This document shows positions 28,674 through 32,000 of a DNA stretch of 32,000 bases, piece by piece. Within the stretch, counting starts at the first letter, position 1, and each line of letters starts with the position of its first letter. The position numbers and the translations under genes are program-made. This stretch comes from Methanocaldococcus jannaschii DSM 2661 (GTDB lineage Archaea; AGJL01; Methanococci; Methanococcales; Methanocaldococcaceae). The stretch lies in contig NC_000909.1 in NCBI RefSeq assembly GCF_000091665.1, positions 1,130,960 to 1,162,959 on the forward strand, read 5' to 3'. The notes below the pieces were generated by a model that searched no databases, was not told where the DNA came from, and saw only the letters and a list, made by a program, of their open reading frames with translations.

Positions 28674-28922
28674 TTAAATTGAGTTTTTTGTAATTAAATC
28701 AACTTTGATATTTAAAATATTCTCTAAATAATCCTCCAACTCAAAGAATTTGAGATAATCCGGAGTTTCATAAAACTCAACCATAATGTCAATATCTGAT
28801 GTTTCTTTCTGCTCTCCTCTTGCATAAGAGCCAAATATAGCGATAGATTTAACTTTATAGTTTTCTTTTAATTCTTTTTTATGTTTCCTTAAGATTTCTT
28901 TTATTTCAGAGAGAGTTTTCAT
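28674..28922 (-). CDS. MNT-domain minimal nucleotidyltransferase (MntA-like), C-terminally truncated
   Basis: VKSIAIFGSYARGEQKETSDIDIMVEF; ends ...VDLITKNSI* where the paralogue continues HNPYVKKSIEEDLIYI; track start 28934, the MKT start is 28922. Confidence 0.88.
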   Translation of the reverse strand: MKTLSEIKEILRKHKKELKENYKVKSIAIFGSYARGEQKETSDIDIMVEFYETPDYLKFFELEDYLENILNIKVDLITKNSI

Positions 28923-29271
28923 CCTTCCCCTCAATGTCTTTTATAATCTTTTCAAATTCTTTCTTTATCTCTGGAATTTCATATTTTGCTGTCTCCCAAA
29001 CGGTTAGATAATCTACACCAAAATATTGGTGGATTAATTTATCTCTCATTCCAGCCAATTCTTTGAATGGGATGTGAGGATATTTTTCTCTAATATCCTT
29101 TGGTATCTTTTTAACCGCCTCTCCAATAACCTCTAAGCATCTAACAACCGCATATTTTATTGCCTTATTGTTTATAAACTCCTCATATTCCATATTTTTA
29201 GTAAAGTTAATTATGTCATCCATATACTCTAAAATATCATATAAAAATGCCTTTATATCTCTCTTCGGCAT
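28906..29271 (-). CDS. HEPN-domain protein (HepT-like, DUF86)
   Basis: ELAGMRDKLIHQYFGVDYLTVWET contains RX4HXY (RDKLIHQY). Confidence 0.9.
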   Translation of the reverse strand: MPKRDIKAFLYDILEYMDDIINFTKNMEYEEFINNKAIKYAVVRCLEVIGEAVKKIPKDIREKYPHIPFKELAGMRDKLIHQYFGVDYLTVWETAKYEIPEIKKEFEKIIKDIEGKDENSL

Positions 29272-29281
29272 TTAACCACCA

Positions 29282-29578
29282 TTAAATATAAATTAAGTCT
29301 TCTTCAATGGATTTTTTTACATAAGGGTTGTGGATGGAGTTTTTAGTGATTAAATCAACTTTAATTCCCAATAAATCTGATAAGTAATTTTCTAACTCTA
29401 TCAATTTTAATAAACTTATTGGCTCGTAGTAGTCAATTAATATGTCTATATCTGATGTTTCTTTCTGTTCTTCTCTTGCATAAGAGCCAAATATAGCGAT
29501 AGATTTAACTTTATATTTTTCTTTGAGTATTTTTTTATGTTTTCTTAGGATTTCTTTTATTTCAGAGAGAGTTTTCAT
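29282..29578 (-). CDS. MNT-domain minimal nucleotidyltransferase (MntA-like antitoxin)
   Basis: VKSIAIFGSYAREEQKETSDIDILIDYYEPISLLKLIELE...SIHNPYVKKSIEEDLIYI. Confidence 0.9.
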   Translation of the reverse strand: MKTLSEIKEILRKHKKILKEKYKVKSIAIFGSYAREEQKETSDIDILIDYYEPISLLKLIELENYLSDLLGIKVDLITKNSIHNPYVKKSIEEDLIYI

Positions 29579-29619
29579 AATTTCACCAGCAAAATTTTAT
29601 TAACAATAAAAATTTTATT

Positions 29620-30897
29620 TTAAAAATTTAAATTTTTTACTCTTATTTTTCCAGTTAGTAGTAGATTCATTATTTTCTTTTTTGCTTTTTCTATTTGTTC
29701 TTTTTCTTTTCTTTTTATTTCTATTAGGTTGTCTATACTTTTTAATCTTTCAGCCATTGCCTTTTGTTCTTCTAAGTGAGGAAGAGGGATTTTTATGTTT
29801 AGTAGGACGGGTGTTCTTATATAAGGCTGGTCAGTCCCAATAAGCAATTTAGAAAGTTCTTTTTTGAAATATTCACTCATTAACAAATAAAACAAAAACT
29901 GTTTGTCTATCTTTTCACTTTTAAAAATAAATCTTCCTACTCTTTGATAGAGTATAGCTGGCTCATCTATATCCTTTAAAATTCCAATTTTTATTTTTCC
30001 ACCTATTATTGGTCTATTCAATGCCAATACTATATCTCCAGATTTTAAAACTAATTGTGGATACTTATTCAAATAATCTTCTGGAAGAAAAGAAACTGTT
30101 TCCCAAAAAATTTTCCCAAATCCTACATTATCGATTTTCAAACATTTTACACCATTTTCACAAAATTCTGAATATTTAAAATATTTTCCAGATTGTATAT
30201 CCACTACTTCCTTTAATTTAACAACCTCCCAATCCTCTGGAATCTCTCCAATCTCTGATTTTTTAAAACTTTTATGCTCAAAAACTCCTTTAGTAAATAA
30301 TTTTTTCATCATCCCCTTTTTTGCCTTATTTAATACTTCAATCTGCTTATTTATTGTTCCTATTAGGTTATCAAAGTCACTTAATATTTTTGCTATTTGT
30401 TTCTGTTCTTCTAAGGGAGGGAGGGGGATTTTTATATTTTCAAATATTTTTTTATCTACGTGTGGAATTCCAGTTCCTTTTGTTTGACTTTTTAGAAAAC
30501 TTTCTTTTAACTTTAGGGAATAAAATAAATATAAATCGTCCATAATTTTATTTTTCTGTTCTAATTTTACCATTGTTGAAGAAAGAATTCCTTTTTTACC
30601 TAAAAATATCTCCCCTGCATTTGAACCATCCCATAATAGCAGTATATCATTCTCATTTACAATAATTTCCTTATTGGTTATTTTTACAAATTTTGAAGCT
30701 ATTCCATCCCTTAAATACTCAGTTGATAAATAAGGATAATAACCTTCAAGTTCTTCATCTACCATAACAGCTGGTTTTTTACCTTTAATATATTTTATAA
30801 AATCTCCAATTCTTACAACTTCCCAGTCCTCTGGAACTCTCAACCCATGCATCTCTTTAAAATTCTCTTCTTTATAAAATTGCATAATTATCACCAA
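29620..30897 (-). CDS. hsdS: Type I restriction enzyme specificity subunit
   Basis: Two half-repeats: IPLPPLEEQKQIAKILSDFDNLIGTINKQIEVLNKAKKGMMKKLF and IPLPHLEEQKAMAERLKSIDNLIEIKRKEKEQIEKAKKKIMNLLL; two PEDWEVV starts. Confidence 0.94.
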   Translation of the reverse strand: MVIIMQFYKEENFKEMHGLRVPEDWEVVRIGDFIKYIKGKKPAVMVDEELEGYYPYLSTEYLRDGIASKFVKITNKEIIVNENDILLLWDGSNAGEIFLGKKGILSSTMVKLEQKNKIMDDLYLFYSLKLKESFLKSQTKGTGIPHVDKKIFENIKIPLPPLEEQKQIAKILSDFDNLIGTINKQIEVLNKAKKGMMKKLFTKGVFEHKSFKKSEIGEIPEDWEVVKLKEVVDIQSGKYFKYSEFCENGVKCLKIDNVGFGKIFWETVSFLPEDYLNKYPQLVLKSGDIVLALNRPIIGGKIKIGILKDIDEPAILYQRVGRFIFKSEKIDKQFLFYLLMSEYFKKELSKLLIGTDQPYIRTPVLLNIKIPLPHLEEQKAMAERLKSIDNLIEIKRKEKEQIEKAKKKIMNLLLTGKIRVKNLNF

Positions 30898-30909
30898 AAA
30901 AAATAGTAT

Positions 30910-31224
30910 TTAGTAATAATATCCTCCACGATTATTCCCAAAAATTAAAATCAATATGGACATAACTATAAAAGCAATAATCGAATAGAATAACAAATTA
31001 AGGATAAAGTCCCAATTTATATAACAGAAAATACTTGCTGATATGATAAACGATATAATACCCCAAATTTTACCTCCATTTAGGCTCCATAAAGCTCCAA
31101 ATAATAATAAAGAACCTATAACTCCACAAAATATATTGCCTGTATAGTAATTATATCCTAACAAAACACATCCAGCTACTGCAACTAAACTGGCAAAATT
31201 TGTATTTGGAGCCATATTAACCAC
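30910..31224 (-). CDS. Small multi-pass membrane protein embedded in the type I R-M operon
   Basis: 104 aa, three to four hydrophobic segments (FASLVAVAGCVLLGY; IFCGVIGSLLLFGALW; IWGIISFIISASIF; LLFYSIIAFIVMSILILIF). Confidence 0.75.
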   Translation of the reverse strand: MVNMAPNTNFASLVAVAGCVLLGYNYYTGNIFCGVIGSLLLFGALWSLNGGKIWGIISFIISASIFCYINWDFILNLLFYSIIAFIVMSILILIFGNNRGGYYY

Positions 31225-31293
31225 CTTACTTATTTCTAATCAATCAAACAAATTAAATTAACTTCCAGCTCTTAAAATCCCTCAAAAAAATAT

Positions 31294-32000
31294 CTATTTA
31301 ATCAACCCATTAATCTCCTCTAAATAACCTTTAACAACCTCAAACTTCTCCAAATACTCATTATGCAATTTATTAAGCTCTTCATAAACCTCTCCTAAAT
31401 CAACATCCTCATCTTCTTCAATTGGAGAGATATACAAAGAAACATTTAGATTATAATCATTCTTTCTAATCTCCTCAATATCTACAACCTTACAAAAGCC
31501 ATCAACATCCTTAAACTCTTTATATGCCTTTGCTATTTTCTCAATGTTCTCATCAGAGAGTTTGTTTAATTTTTTAACCTCTGGATGTTTAATATATTCA
31601 TTAGAGGCATTTATAAACAAAATCTTTCCTTTTCTCTCTTCTGGCTTATTTTTATTCAAAATTAAAATAATCCCTGGTGCAGGACAGTTATAAAATAACT
31701 TCTCAGGCAATAAAACAACTGCCTCAATTAAATCATCATCTACAAATCTCTTCCTTATTGTCTTCTCTTTCCCTCCCCTAAACAAAGCCCCTGAATCTAA
31801 AACAATCCCCGCCTTTTTTTCAGTATAATAATTTATCAACTGAACCCATGCCCAATCAGCGGAGTTTTTATTTGGAAATCCATACATATAAATATCTTTA
31901 TATTTTTCATTCACTTTTAGGGTGTTTTCATCGTAACCATCCTGATTCCATGGTGGATTTGCTACAACCTTATCAGCTTTTCCAGTACCTTTAACTTCTT
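31294..32000 (-). CDS. hsdM: Type I restriction enzyme modification subunit, C-terminal part (5' end beyond window)
   Basis: Track ORF starts at an internal GTG (31914), but the frame stays open to the window edge and includes EVKGTGKADKVVANPPWNQDGYDENTLK with the NPPW catalytic motif. Confidence 0.93.
   Translation of the reverse strand, partial: EVKGTGKADKVVANPPWNQDGYDENTLKVNEKYKDIYMYGFPNKNSADWAWVQLINYYTEKKAGIVLDSGALFRGGKEKTIRKRFVDDDLIEAVVLLPEKLFYNCPAPGIILILNKNKPEERKGKILFINASNEYIKHPEVKKLNKLSDENIEKIAKAYKEFKDVDGFCKVVDIEEIRKNDYNLNVSLYISPIEEDEDVDLGEVYEELNKLHNEYLEKFEVVKGYLEEINGLIK

Larger units (their letters stand above)
28792..29578 (-). repeat. 131-bp direct repeat (28792-28922 and 29448-29578) forming the 5' halves of the two MNT genes and flanking the HEPN gene
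   Basis: Ungapped, offset 656 bp; 9 mismatches counted by eye, roughly 93% identity. Confidence 0.88.

Noticed and set aside
31294-31914. Treating the hsdM ORF as starting at 31914
   Set aside because: The frame remains open to the window edge and includes the NPPW catalytic motif, so 31914 is only an internal GTG.
1-32000. CRISPR arrays or insertion sequences
   Set aside because: No regularly spaced direct repeats and no transposase-like ORFs were seen anywhere in the window.

Overview
AT-rich hyperthermophilic methanogen chromosome; gene content and order match Methanocaldococcus jannaschii. Identification is from memory of the protein families, with no database search. (1) 1-6.3 kb, + strand: selenoprotein energy-metabolism cluster, hdrA (3' end)-vhuD-vhuG-vhuA-vhuU-vhuB-fwdB. 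It has four in-frame UGA(Sec) codons in three genes inside the window (two in vhuD, one each in vhuU and fwdB) and four archaeal 3'-UTR SECIS hairpins. (2) 6.4-19 kb: ordinary chromosomal genes: leuA, APC permease, thrS, a DnaJ-Zn/S1/DHH protein, an orphan-looking C5 MTase, L24e/S28e/L7Ae, hisG, UPF0058, dnaG. A strongly structured leader lies upstream of rpl7ae. (3) 19.1-19.6 kb: two tRNA-Gly genes, followed by a ~170-bp hairpin-rich block bounded by a duplicated tRNA 3' end. (4) 19.6-25.2 kb: GNAT, archaeal MAT, a PD-(D/E)xK-like restriction enzyme next to an amino-MTase split by a -1 frameshift at A6, a PAC2 protein, a Bud32-like kinase with no in-frame canonical start, pssA. (5) 25.2-32 kb, - strand: composite defence locus, HsdM/TM protein/HsdS/MNT/HEPN/truncated MNT'/HsdR/small HExxH protein. 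The selenoprotein/SECIS biology is established. The least-explained items are the rpl7ae leader, the tRNA-flanked block, the kinase start, the split MTase, and the TM protein and MNT-HEPN-MNT' insertions in the type I R-M operon.
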